Positions 10,901 through 21,686 of a DNA stretch of 64,000 nt are shown here, one piece after another. Below the pieces are notes generated by a model. It was not told the DNA's origin. It searched no databases and saw nothing but the letters and a program-made list of their open reading frames with translations. Position 1 is the first letter of the stretch, and every line of letters starts with the position of its first letter. Source of the stretch: Orbicella franksi. Its lineage: Eukaryota. The position numbers and the translations under genes are program-made. The stretch is from the NCBI GenBank assembly GCA_964199315.1, contig OZ116703.1, forward strand, positions 992,001 to 1,056,000, given 5' to 3'.

Positions 10901-11185
10901 CCATAGTTAATAGAGAGGAATGGTTATGAAGATCGGCAAACATCAAAGGAGCAAACAAAGATTTCAAGACTCATGTTGGAAGGTCCGCGACCGTGCACAA
11001 TCTTTTGTTTTGCGCTCATACATTATGCATGAATTACGTAACCGAAACGTTTCTATTGGTTCGTTCCCCAGTCAGTAGTAAACAACAATTGTGTTTTGTG
11101 CACGGTCAAAGCCAAAAAACTGAACAAAAACATGCAACAAAGAACTTTGTTGAGTTCCATAACCATTCCCCTCTATTAACTATGG
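10901..11185. mobile_element. Fold-back MITE with ~28 bp TIRs
   Basis: ccatagttaatagagaggaatggttatg versus cataaccattcccctctattaactatgg, plus inner inverted pair accgtgcacaa / ttgtgcacggt. Confidence 0.75.
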
Positions 11186-11556
11186 GTTGGCCGAGCGATG
11201 AAAACCGAAATAAAGGTGCCACAAAGGTGTCAATCGATCGACTTTTGCTTTGCTACAGCGGCGGTGGGGAAGGGGGGGGGGGACTCTCATCTAAGGGGCG
11301 GGTGTGATGACGGCTTAGGTTTGACTGCCAGCTAAAACCTGGCTATAACTATAACTATAACTTTAACTTTTAGAACTTTTCTTCTATCCCACCTTCCCAG
11401 CCCCGTCAGTTTGTATGGAAGTCCCGGACGAGTGTTTCATTCCGCAGCTGAGTGGGTTATAATTGGGCACATATAGATTTTTGTGTGTGTTATGCTGATA
11501 GACTTCTATCATTTTTCCAAAAAATATATGATTTTGATTCGCGAAATTTGTTATCA

Positions 11557-14500
11557 TTAAGCGAACACAAACTGTTTTTGATGGGCGAAACCCTTTTTTC
11601 CACTCGCTACAAAGTTTGCTTCTTGAAGTTTTTCTAGTAATTGTTCAACTCCTTCTTCTTTTGTTTCGTCTTCCTCGTCATTCTGTTGTGTTGATCTAAG
11701 CGAGCCCAGCCGTTGAAGTCGAACAGTTCCTTTCACGCCACGTCCCTTTAGAGCCATTTTCCCCACGTGTAACTTTCGTCTTGCAAAGAGATCACTGTCA
11801 CTAACAAAAGATGGCACGAACTCGGACTGAACTCGGACTTCACCAAAGTCCAGCAAGGAGTCAGTTTTGTGCAGTCTTTCCATTAACGACGAGTATATCG
11901 AGTCTTTCTTGGGCACCTGTTTTCGCGGGGTAATGACTAGCTCTACTGGCGCTGAATCTGTCGCTTTGATTAATGTTGAATCGGCCTCTGGAAATTCCTG
12001 CAATATTATAGACCCACACATGATCAAAAATTGATTAATCTACATGTACCACCACTGTTAAAATGAAAATAGAGTATATCAAAGCACAAACTGGAAAAGT
12101 ATTCTAAAACACAATACAGCACGAAATACCATTTTACTTTTCTTATACATGTATCAGTGAAGAAAATTAGGGATTTAAATACCTTAACCTTGAGCTGCCT
12201 TGAACCTAAAAGAAATATTTATTTGATTATAGCCTTTACAAATACTAAAACATGATAAACTGTAATATTTTAGACGCAAACTGATTAGCGTGTTCCAAGC
12301 GTTCATTTAGCTTAGTGTTAAAGGAGCTTCTTTGCATATCTTGAAAAGTTAAGCCTCTTGTGAATTTTTGAATTTCGTCATTTGTTATCCGTGTTAATCT
12401 TCTCCATCCTTAGCCATCCTTGTTCCTTTATGGTTTATTATTATCTCTTTGGTGTTTTTCTATCTTAATAAACTACTGTTTTCAGGTTTCCTTCAATTTA
12501 AAGGTAATTTTGTTTGCGGCCAAAATAACTCAAAGCCACGTGACTGGGCTCCATTAATTGTGGGAGGCGGGGGAGAGCGGGAAAAACGACAGGAAAAGAA
12601 ATAGAGGGTCTTGATGCACTTTCCCCCTATTTTTAAAAACTTCAAAACCGAGGGGTTATACCGATCTCTGGGGCCTTACATGTACATCACAATGAGTCTG
12701 GTATTTCTGTGTCGATTCTTACACTGCTTTTAATAGACTGCGCCCGCTGTCGGATTTTAGGTCTAAAACTAAATGTCATCAATTTTTTCCAGGCTTTTGT
12801 TTAATCTTCTACTGCCGCGATTTGTTCAAGATAACTGCACCCTTCACAAGATTTTGCTCACCTTCATTTTCTGGGTTTTCAACAGGATCTTGAAAACATT
12901 TCAGCTTTTTGTAGTAACTGGCGTACTTTTCCTTCATATGTTTATCAGTTCTTTGTTTCAATCTTTGAGACTGCAAGAAATATTACATGACTGGTCATCA
13001 CTTGAGTTATCGCACAACCAACATTGTCAAATGACCAAAAACAAACATTAACTTAAAAATAAAATAATATGAAGTCACTAACCTGTGTTTCAATATCCCA
13101 TTGTAAGTTTTGTGACATCACATGTGAATTGTGTAGGTCCTAAAATTAAATGCAATAACACACACTGTCAGGCAAATTAAACTGTGGGATTAGAGAACAA
13201 AATAAACTTTACATGTATGAAATACCAGCTGCCAATTTAACGCCCCCTTATCACACAAGGTCAAGGATTATTTCAATACCCGCGATGAAACAAGAATTCT
13301 TTGATGACCAAGTTTTGAAGTTCTCGATAATTTTGCTGATGTGGTTCCATCAAATTCTCTGTAGAACTTAGAAGATCCTGCTGATGAGCCACTTAATCTA
13401 GCTTGTTCAAATTCCGTGCAATGTTCCTCTTGTTGTAATGCCTCTTCATCTGTAAATGATATAAGCAATGATAAATTAATAACAAACAACTTAATTAACT
13501 TGATAGTGAAACAAATTACTGGGTAAGCATTGTTTTCTTTCAATGATTATTTTCCTCCTTCTTTCTATTCCAAAACTACATATTAAAGGAGCTACGTCAC
13601 GATTTGCGCATCTTGAAAAGTTTAGCCTAAATTTTTCAAGTTCGTTGTTTGTATTCCGAGTCAATCTTCTCCATCCTTAACCATCCTTGTTCCTTTATGG
13701 TTATCTCTTTGGTGTTTCTCTTTTTCTATCTTAGTAAACTGCTATTTTCAGGTTTCCTTCAATTTAAAGGTAATTTTGTACGTGGCCAAAATCACTCGAA
13801 ATGCCGTGACTGTCAGCTCCTTAACGTCTATGAGCAGTAGTATGCACGAACGAACGAATGAACGAACGAACGAACAAACGAACGAACGAACGAACGAACG
13901 AAAACTTTATTAACGTGTGGGACTCCTAACTTCAATAGCTAATGACTAGTTTACAAAAATTAATAATTAAATATTGAAGATGAAAATACTTACTTACAGC
14001 AGAAGATATAAGGCTATAATGTAATATAAAATGATTCTGTTCACAATTTACATAGTTTGCAGCAACTACTATTGTTGTCAATGAGGTCTGAAAGGTCAAT
14101 TTTTCTTATTCTCATCTTAAATGTCACGAGGGTTGGTGACGTCCTTGCTAAGTTTTGACCAGATATATGGACCCTGGTATCTTATCGTGTGTTTTCCGCA
14201 AGATGTAGTATATAAGATGTACAAATAGTTCTCTATTGCTTTTCCATTTTACTGTGCAAAACAAACTGATTTTTGGACGGGCTGATGAAAATTCCATGTA
14301 CACCATATCGATGAATATCAATGCACCAAGTTTACAATTTTTAAATAAAATCTTTTCAATATTTTCATTCCTTTTTTTAGTTGCAACGATGATATGGTCG
14401 TACATCAACGCAATATTCAAAATATCAAATCCTTACTCTTGACAGTTTCCTCCTGTTGTTGTTGAGGGCCCTAAAATTGAAAGAAAATTTGAATATTATA

Positions 14501-17500
14501 ATCATAATTCTATAACTTCCAGCATGTCAGCCTAACACTGGAGTCCAGCAATGGTAAAAAGAAAGATCAGAAATTACAATTTTGTTTTTGAATAAACTTG
14601 GTACTTACAAACTGGACTGGCTGCTTTGTTGGTGGCTTTAGTTTTCTACTGACATCATTCAAGTCAACAAAAGCTGTTCTGTTAGAGGCTCCTGTATAGC
14701 CACATCTGGCATGCATCACCTGCAGTAGACATAATAGGCAAGCAATGCATGCAGAAGACTATGTAACTTAGCTCTTTGTTTGCAAAATTTCTCATAAAAG
14801 AAATTTTGCTTTTAAAATTTAAAGAAACATTCCTTTTAAGTTCCTTGTGACAAAATGCAAGTGATCATAGACTCAGGACACTGATTTTCAACAAAGGAAT
14901 AGCAACTTAAATATTCAGCAAATTATTTTTACCTTTTACCAGATGTGTTAGTTAAGTTTATAAATTTACCTTTTTATTAGAATGACCCAAATGATCACAA
15001 AGTTCCAAAGACCTCTGTTGCTGTCTGCTCACCTAATCAAAAACAAATGTATCTTTTACATATTTTTAAATCCTTAAATTATTTCAACCCAGCTTTAAAT
15101 ATCAAAGCAACAAACACATTTGAAGTACGAAGTCTGTATATGAATTAATCCTCGTATGTGACCAATGTAGACCATCCAAATCAAAGCTAAATATTGGGCA
15201 GTGATGTTGTGCTGTATGTTTTTCAAAGTTATATGAAAGTAAGAGAAAGCTTAAAAGCACAAAACTCATAATTCCTGTCAGCAGCTGTAGGTGAAGAAAA
15301 TTTAATTTCTTACTAGTTCTATCCTTGGGTTACTATCAACAAAGAAATCCTGGTGCAGTAGACGCCATGACGGAAGATCCCTCTGATGGCTTGAGCTTGC
15401 TCTCAGAGACCCTTGCTAAAAAAAAAAAAGATAAAACACATGTACCATTTAGATGTATATTAACAAAATCTACATTTCCTGTCTTATTATAATTTTAAAA
15501 GACACTAATATAAGGCAAAAACTGGTTCCGCTCTCCCCCAACCTTCCACATTATTACCACTCTTCAGATTTAAATACCATTACTCAAGAATGGAAAGAAA
15601 GAAAGTATTGTAAGTATTGTAAGTTTTGTAAGTTTTGTTAGTATCGTTAAATTGTAAGTTACGTTGACATTGTAAGTAGTAGTTAATTTTTGTATGTAAT
15701 GTAATGTAATGTAATGTAAGATATTGCAAGAATAAAAAAAATAAAAAAAAGGAAAAAAAAAACATTACTCAAGAAGTTTTTTGAAGATTTTCACTTTTGC
15801 CTTTGAGTGCTCAATAACCAATGACTACTCACTGGTCACTACAAATCTTAACAATGATGTTTCAGGAGTAATTCAAAGTATTATCAGAAATTTTATCATA
15901 ATCAATTTATTGCTTGGAATTTGGTATTTGACAAGATCCATGACTCTACTACCTGACGTGAAATTGTTTGAAGAACAAGGGACACTACGAGTCTGTTTTC
16001 AGGAATGCTTTGGATCAAGGAACAGCTAGTGCATCAACAGCCATCTACTTATACAAATCTTTATTTTTCTGTGGACTCTATATAATGTCTGTGAACAGGT
16101 TATAAAGACTGTTCAATCCATGTAATACATTCTCACCTCATATAAGGTGTCCAAATGACGAATCTTTTTCTCATCCTCTGTACAAAGGACTGCTTGAAAA
16201 TCACAAAGCTTCATGGACAGAAAACAAACACTAGTTTTAATAAATAATTTAACATAATTTACCACATTTAATTTAATAAAAAAAAAAACAATAAATGCGC
16301 AATTATAGATGTTAACTAATCAGACCTTGTAGAGATTATTTTTATCCACACCAGTGACCTTTGGAAGAGGTTGCACATGCACATCTGTATCCCGCTCACA
16401 CCTGCAAAATAATAATAAGGTTGAAGACTTCAATATTCCAAAGGATCAAGGCAGTCAGGTGGTTATCAGTGTTGGTGCAATACTCCGGCTTCTGTAGCGT
16501 GAAGCTGCTAGAAGTATTGCTACTTCCTCCCTAGATACAATGCTAGTTTATCATGGTCAGTTATCTTCCCCGCCCTCCCCCCCCCCCCAACTCCACCACA
16601 CCCACATAGCTTTTATTTTGGCTGGCTGTCCCAACAGCTGCTCAGTGGCTATTTACACTACTGGGTGAAAACAGGGACTGTTCTACCACACAGCACTGTC
16701 AACAATCCTAGCCAGGACTTCAGTCTAACCCTCTGAATTCAAACTAAGGTGCAGTGTATTAACCACTAGGCTGCATGAAGCCTCCGCTATCCATTGTTAA
16801 GTGATAGTAAATTATAACAACCAGTAATATGAAGTCAGTGATCAGTATGTGATCTGTCTTGAAAATGTCAAATACAAAGTAATCAGGAGAATCAAACGAC
16901 TGATCAGTTGATAAAAAATCAAACCTCCCAATATGAAGTATAAAAAACTATGGAGATTAGCTAGCTGCCATCAGTAGCATAGTATTACAAAATTGAAATT
17001 AAAAAAATATTTCTTGATTAGGTATGTAAATGTTCAAGAACTTACAAAAGCAAGAGATCTAAGAATTCATAAAGCATCAGACGATCAGGTACTTGTCTTC
17101 TCATGTGTTTGATCTACAAAACGAAATCATCATCAAATAAAACCTTTTTGATAAATATATTGGTGCATTGTAATCATGCCATATGTGCACAAACTATCCT
17201 CCAAGCAATGAAACATTATGTTACCCCTACAAGCTTTTATATAGAGTGTATATGTGACAGTAATAATTTTTGTTTTAAAACTGTTTGGATTGTAATCAAA
17301 TTTTCATTTTGTTATCTGGACTTACATGTTGCTTGAGCTTCACTGGGGAAACAGCTCTTCCACAGATCTGTAAATAATAATTATTTGATTATGTTGATTA
17401 CATGTAACTTTCTGTTTTGCTGAGTTTATATGTTAACTACGTAGATAATTTAGGAATCTAACGTCAGTACCAATGCTAGAAGAAGATAATTTGCCCTCTC

Positions 17501-19676
17501 TGAATTTCCACCCTTTTCATGTTATAACATTTTGGAAATTACACATCCTAATAATATTCAGAGGCTGTATCATTTATCGTCATCATTATTATGAGCCTCT
17601 ATATTGCTGTTTCAACACCCTATTGCAAGTCGGAATTTTGCTCCAACAATTGACCTCACATATAGGTAATTGGGCACATCACATATGGGTAATCACATCG
17701 GGCTGCTGCTTTAATCTCCAATTTCAGTGTTTTGTTGTAAATCAACTTTGGACTCAAACTACATGTATAACTTCAATAGCCTGCAAACACAGATGTCACA
17801 TGTATTTCCAGCAACTCACTTGTTTCAGCCAGCATGTGAAACAAAACCTCCAATAAACCAGATGCTCTCGCCCCCAGGGACGACTCCCATAAAAAAGGAC
17901 AGGGGTGCTTGTCGGAAATTTTGAAAAGAACCCCTAAGAGGTACCAAGATGCTATTTTGTGGGCGTGGCTTGAAATGTTTTTCACCCCTGAGGTACCAAA
18001 ATCCTGCTTCAAGGGTGTGGCTTGAAACTTTTTTATCCCTTAAAGGTACCAATAATTTATTCTAAAACAACACATTATCTCCTGTCACATTTTTTTGGGC
18101 TCAACACCCTAAAGAGTACTGCAAAAGCCCCCAATGTGGGACTTTTGAGGCTCAACATCCTAAGAGGTAACAAAAAAAAAAAAAAAAAAAACACTTTTCA
18201 ACTCCTACAAGGTATGAGGAGCACCCCCATCCTTTTTATATCGGAGCCCCCCCCCCCCTCCCCCGGGGCTCTCGCAGGCTAAAACTGCAAGAACTCACCT
18301 TTAATGTTCTGAGTAAAACATGTTCATCAATTGCCAAACCCAACATGTCTTCATGCTCATACAACTGAAAAGCCACACGAACTTCTCTCAGTTCCTGAAA
18401 ACTGAATGAAAAGCTTCAAACATGAAAACACAGTTAACATATTTCAATGTAATTTTCATAAGGAAATTGTACCTCAAGTATCTGTTGGAGAGCATTTCCA
18501 AAGATTTCTCGATGACTCGTGAGTTGTACAGCGCATCGTGCATGTTGTATGTTCGATGGATGTCGCCATGTAGACACTTGATATCCAACATGTTTAAAAG
18601 GGACTATGTACAAACAAACCAGAAATGAGTAAACTAGAAACAAACATTGTGGAACACATACAAGCCAGAGAGTTTGCCACATCCTCCACAGTACGTGTTT
18701 TTTGATTGAACCAGCCACTCGCACCTTTATCCCCGTTTAGCTTCGAAGATGACTTTTTAAAAATGCTTTTATTGGCTCCCGGGGGCTCTCGACCCGCAGA
18801 GATTTTGGAATGTGTATTAATTAATATTTTCTGTAACTATACAGGTTCTGAGAGCTGTTTATGTACACCCACCTTGTTTAGTACACATCTCTGATTTTAT
18901 GTCGTATGTTATTTTTTCAGACTTACAAGTCCTTAAAAATCCTCACAGGACACTAAACATTACTGGAAAATGTTTAAATGTCTCCCTTTACGTTCATGAA
19001 CATACCTTAATACTCAGCCCGTTTGCTTTCTCCTTCTCAAATTCCTGGGGAACATTTTTTCGAAAAAGATCCTTGCGAAACTAAATAGAAGAAGAGACCA
19101 GAAATCAGGCCACTCGCAATGAGTTTATTTTCGTTCGCAAACTGGGGCACAATACATCGTTAACCGAAGAAAACATTTGAGATCTTATCATGTTCGAATG
19201 AGACATGTCTAAGCATTGATCTACACCAAAATTTATCCAAAATAATTCAGAAGGTGGAAATTGTTAACATTACGACGGCCTTATGAACAAAGACAACGAC
19301 AAAGACAACACAAGAACACCCTCTGTCATTTGTCTCACTGCATGTTAACTGGAGTAATTATAGGTTGTAAAATGTGTTCATAAGTGAAGCACTTACCCCC
19401 AAAGCTTTGGCAAGGCAGCTTTCCGTTTTTCGAGACAAAAATACAAAAATTGAAGTTAGTCTTAAGTAAGCTTAATTAACGAGATCGAAGGCAGCTAAAT
19501 TTACCTCATTATAGAAGCTCATAGAGAGAACACACATTCGAGAACTGACAGAATTACGCAATTCGATCGGCAAAACAGCAGCAAACAAGCAGAGAAGCAC
19601 CGAAGCAAAACACCCAAACTTACCGTAGTTCTTCCCAAGTGTAAACGTCTCTTTTTCTCGGATACTTTAAGTGCAT
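11557..19676 (-). CDS. Uncharacterised 632-aa protein with a degenerate EF-hand-like pair, 19 exons
   Basis: Exons (minus) 19676-19624, 19418-19397, 19080-19006, 18830-18725, 18603-18473, 18394-18299, 17367-17326, 17113-17046, 16401-16326, 16208-16137, 15415-15314, 15032-14970, 14719-14609, 14470-14437, 13449-13280, 13139-13083, 12970-12862, 12793-12723, 11997-11557. All junctions GT-AG and phase-compatible, 1899 nt total. Starts MHLKYPRKRDVYTWEELR; contains ELREVRVAFQLYEHED...RTLKICGR...DRLMLYEFLDLL. Confidence 0.78.
12318..12557 (+). mobile_element. TTAA-flanked MITE (Kolobok-like), copy A
   Basis: TTAA|AGGAGCT...GGGCTCCA|TTAA; body shared with copies at 13583, 58131 and 61511. Confidence 0.7.
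13583..13824 (+). mobile_element. TTAA-flanked MITE (Kolobok-like), copy B
   Basis: TTAA|AGGAGCTACGTCACG...CCGTGACTGTCAGCTCC|TTAA. Confidence 0.75.
13846..14215 (-). mobile_element. 5'-truncated LINE (L2/CR1-like) 3' end with (TTCG)n tail
   Basis: Minus strand gives YTTSCGKHTIRYQGPYIWSKLSKD / LVTFKMRIRKIDLSDLIDNNSSCCKLCKL* (one frameshift), typical of non-LTR ORF2 C-termini. It is followed by a 3' UTR, AATAAA (TTTATT 13906-13911) and a (TTCG)n microsatellite. Confidence 0.75.
15578..15775 (+). mobile_element. Short retroposed insertion with poly(A) tail and 13-bp target-site duplication
   Basis: TSD CATTACTCAAGAA at 15578-15590 and 15763-15775 around an AT-rich 3'UTR-like insert with (TGTAA)n, AATAAA and a poly(A) run. 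Confidence 0.8.
16445..16785 (-). mobile_element. Decayed tRNA-derived SINE
   Basis: Reverse strand has a degenerate tRNA-like head (cctagtggttaatacactgcacc) and a body homologous to the 40283-40422 copy. Confidence 0.5.
17871..18268. mobile_element. MITE with CCCCnGGG/poly-C termini
   Basis: ccccagggacgactcccataaaaaagga versus tcctttttatatcggagccccc...ccccgggg; internal direct repeats gaggtaccaa...gtggcttgaaa. Confidence 0.6.
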
Positions 19677-19689
19677 TTTAACGAGAAAA

Positions 19690-19800
19690 TTAACTTAACC
19701 GGGCTGCGAAAAGAACAACATATCACGGCTTAGAGTCAAAATGGCGCCCATAAACTCCATGACAACAATGTCTCTGGGGACCAATGAACCTGTCAAGTCT
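19690..19800. promoter_or_regulatory. Promoter of the minus-strand EF-hand-like gene, possibly bidirectional
   Basis: AAAATGGCG (YY1/initiator-like) at 19738-19746 pointing right; RFX X-box-like actccatgacaac (19754-19766) and gtctctggggac (19770-19781); CCAAT 19781-19785. Confidence 0.4.
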
Positions 19801-20190
19801 GTCAATCATGTCTCACAATTGAAAATCTTGGATCGGAGCGGACCTGACTGAAAGGAGAGTGGATTTTTCAAAATTCAAGTTTATTGTTGTCAGAAAATTT
19901 GATTTTTATTAGGCTGTATTTGCTTCCCTCAGGACAGGCTGAATTTCAATTGCTTCTTTTTTCTCTAGGTTGACCGTAATTTACCAGTAACTATTGAAGA
20001 GTATCGTATACTTCACTGCTGACGTTTTCAGGGTTGTTTCACACTTCTTTCACTCGTATTGCTCTACGAGTAGAGCCTCCTTTACTCAACTCTTTGGATG
20101 GCGCAGATTAAAAAGTGAAAAAAAAAAGGGAAAAGAAGGTTCTGGTCGCAGGGCACCGGCGAGGAAATGTTGGAAATCCAGTAGATAGTC

Positions 20191-20411
20191 TGAATAAAAG
20201 AGAAACCAGAAACTGCAAGGGAACGGATACGATAAACGCTGCCAACGTAGGCTGGCGTTACATATCTTCGCTACACAGTGCTGACGAGCCCCAAGAAGGG
20301 CGAAACAGCTGTCCACTGTTGCGATCCTACTTTATCGGTTCTTGACATATTGGTGTCTCGAAACGTTTTTCACGTAGTATCAGCCTTGCAGTCTACTCTT
20401 TGAATAAAAGA
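20191..20411 (+). mobile_element. Retrozyme-like 210-nt unit containing the hammerhead
   Basis: 11-bp direct repeat TGAATAAAAGA at 20191-20201 and 20401-20411; nested long-range complementarity encloses the ribozyme. Confidence 0.55.
20275..20319 (+). ncRNA. Type I hammerhead ribozyme
   Basis: Stem I ACAGTG(20275-80)/CACTGT(20314-19); core CTGACGA(20281-87); stem II GCCC-caagaa-GGGC(20288-301); GAAA(20302-05); minimal stem III A-C[AGCT]G-T; cleavage triplet GTC with C17 at 20313. Confidence 0.88.
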
Positions 20412-21297
20412 AGTTGTTGCTTATCGTATCACCGTGGGGTTAGGTTTAGGGAGGGCCTGGAGGAAGGTGAGGGGAGGTGGCTGTTGGGACAGGTGTGTAG
20501 CTGGACAGAGCACGCAGCATAAAATACTAAATCCCAACTCGTTTTAAATTACATTATCCGAGCTAATTGCTAAAGGTCTGCATAAAGAAATTCACTTTCA
20601 CGCCCATTTTTTCTTCCTTGAAATAGGGCCAACTGACATAAAGAAGTTGGAAACAGAGAGTAACGGGCAATGAAACAGTTTCAAACTCCACAGTGCAATA
20701 AATAATAATGGACTCCATTCTCTCTTTTACTATAATTTAATTTATAACATTTACATATTTAATTTACATGTTGCGTTGTTACGCTCTCTGCGAAATAATA
20801 TGCATAAACTGAAACAGCAATGTAATAGAAATTAATAAATTATGATCAGTCGAGAGATTCCAGTCAAAGTTTTCTTCAGCCAAGCGGTCAAACATCAATT
20901 CTGTCTGATTTCTTAGCCTGAAAATTCAATAAAATGTATATTGGTTGAATATTGATTTCACCAAAAGGTTCAGTATTATGTTGCTTTAGGTACCCCTCGG
21001 TACCAACATGGCGTCCCCATTGAAAGCTTTAAAAATTGGGGTGAACTTGACGCGCGGATAACGCGCGTATGAAAAACTGTACAAAGCTAAATCTTGGTGA
21101 CGCTGTTTACTCTCATAATCTTTAATTAATATCCCAGATTCTTGGTGAATCCAGGAGTAAGGAAAGAGGTGGAAAGTGTATACGTGTGGCAGGAAATTAA
21201 AAAGAGTGGGAGGAAACGCTATTGCCAAAACGTGACGGAGAACGAGATTTACAACATGGCGTCAATATCTTTCAATGGAAAAGACACAAGAAAGAAT

Positions 21298-21409
21298 TAC
21301 AGTCAAACCTCTCCAAAACTGCAATGGCCACCTTGGGGACAGAGAAAAGTAGGGGTTGTAGAGAGGTGGCGGTTTTAGGAAGGTGGCCGTTAGTGGAGGT
21401 TCGACTATA
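21298..21409. mobile_element. TA-flanked Tc1/mariner (pogo-like) MITE
   Basis: tacagtcaaacctc ... gaggttcgactata; internal motif acggccac/gtggccgt shared with 37047, 56483 and 59830. Confidence 0.65.
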
Positions 21410-21686
21410 TCATATTTTCTACTTACAAAAGTTGCACGAAAATCTGCATGACTTCTCCATCCTGGCGACTTGTTTTTCACACGCATCAAGCATGACAATA
21501 TCATAAAAGCATGAATACTTATCGGCTTCGTCTACGCAAGGTCTGACATTCTCTGAAGAAACTGCAAAAATAGTGAAAAACATTGCTGGATAAATTATTT
21601 ATTAAATTTAGGAAAAACACTCAGGACTAGCTAGTTTCTGGGGACATGCGTAAAAAGGTAACGGACTGAAGGTCTTGAAGGCTTTA

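Noticed and set aside
18450-18830. Minus frame MLDIKCLHGDIHRTYNMHDALYNSRV looked like a DEDD/Polinton-type nuclease fragment
   Set aside because: The same bases form two phase-compatible exons (18830-18725, 18603-18473) of the host gene in another frame; the motif match was weak.
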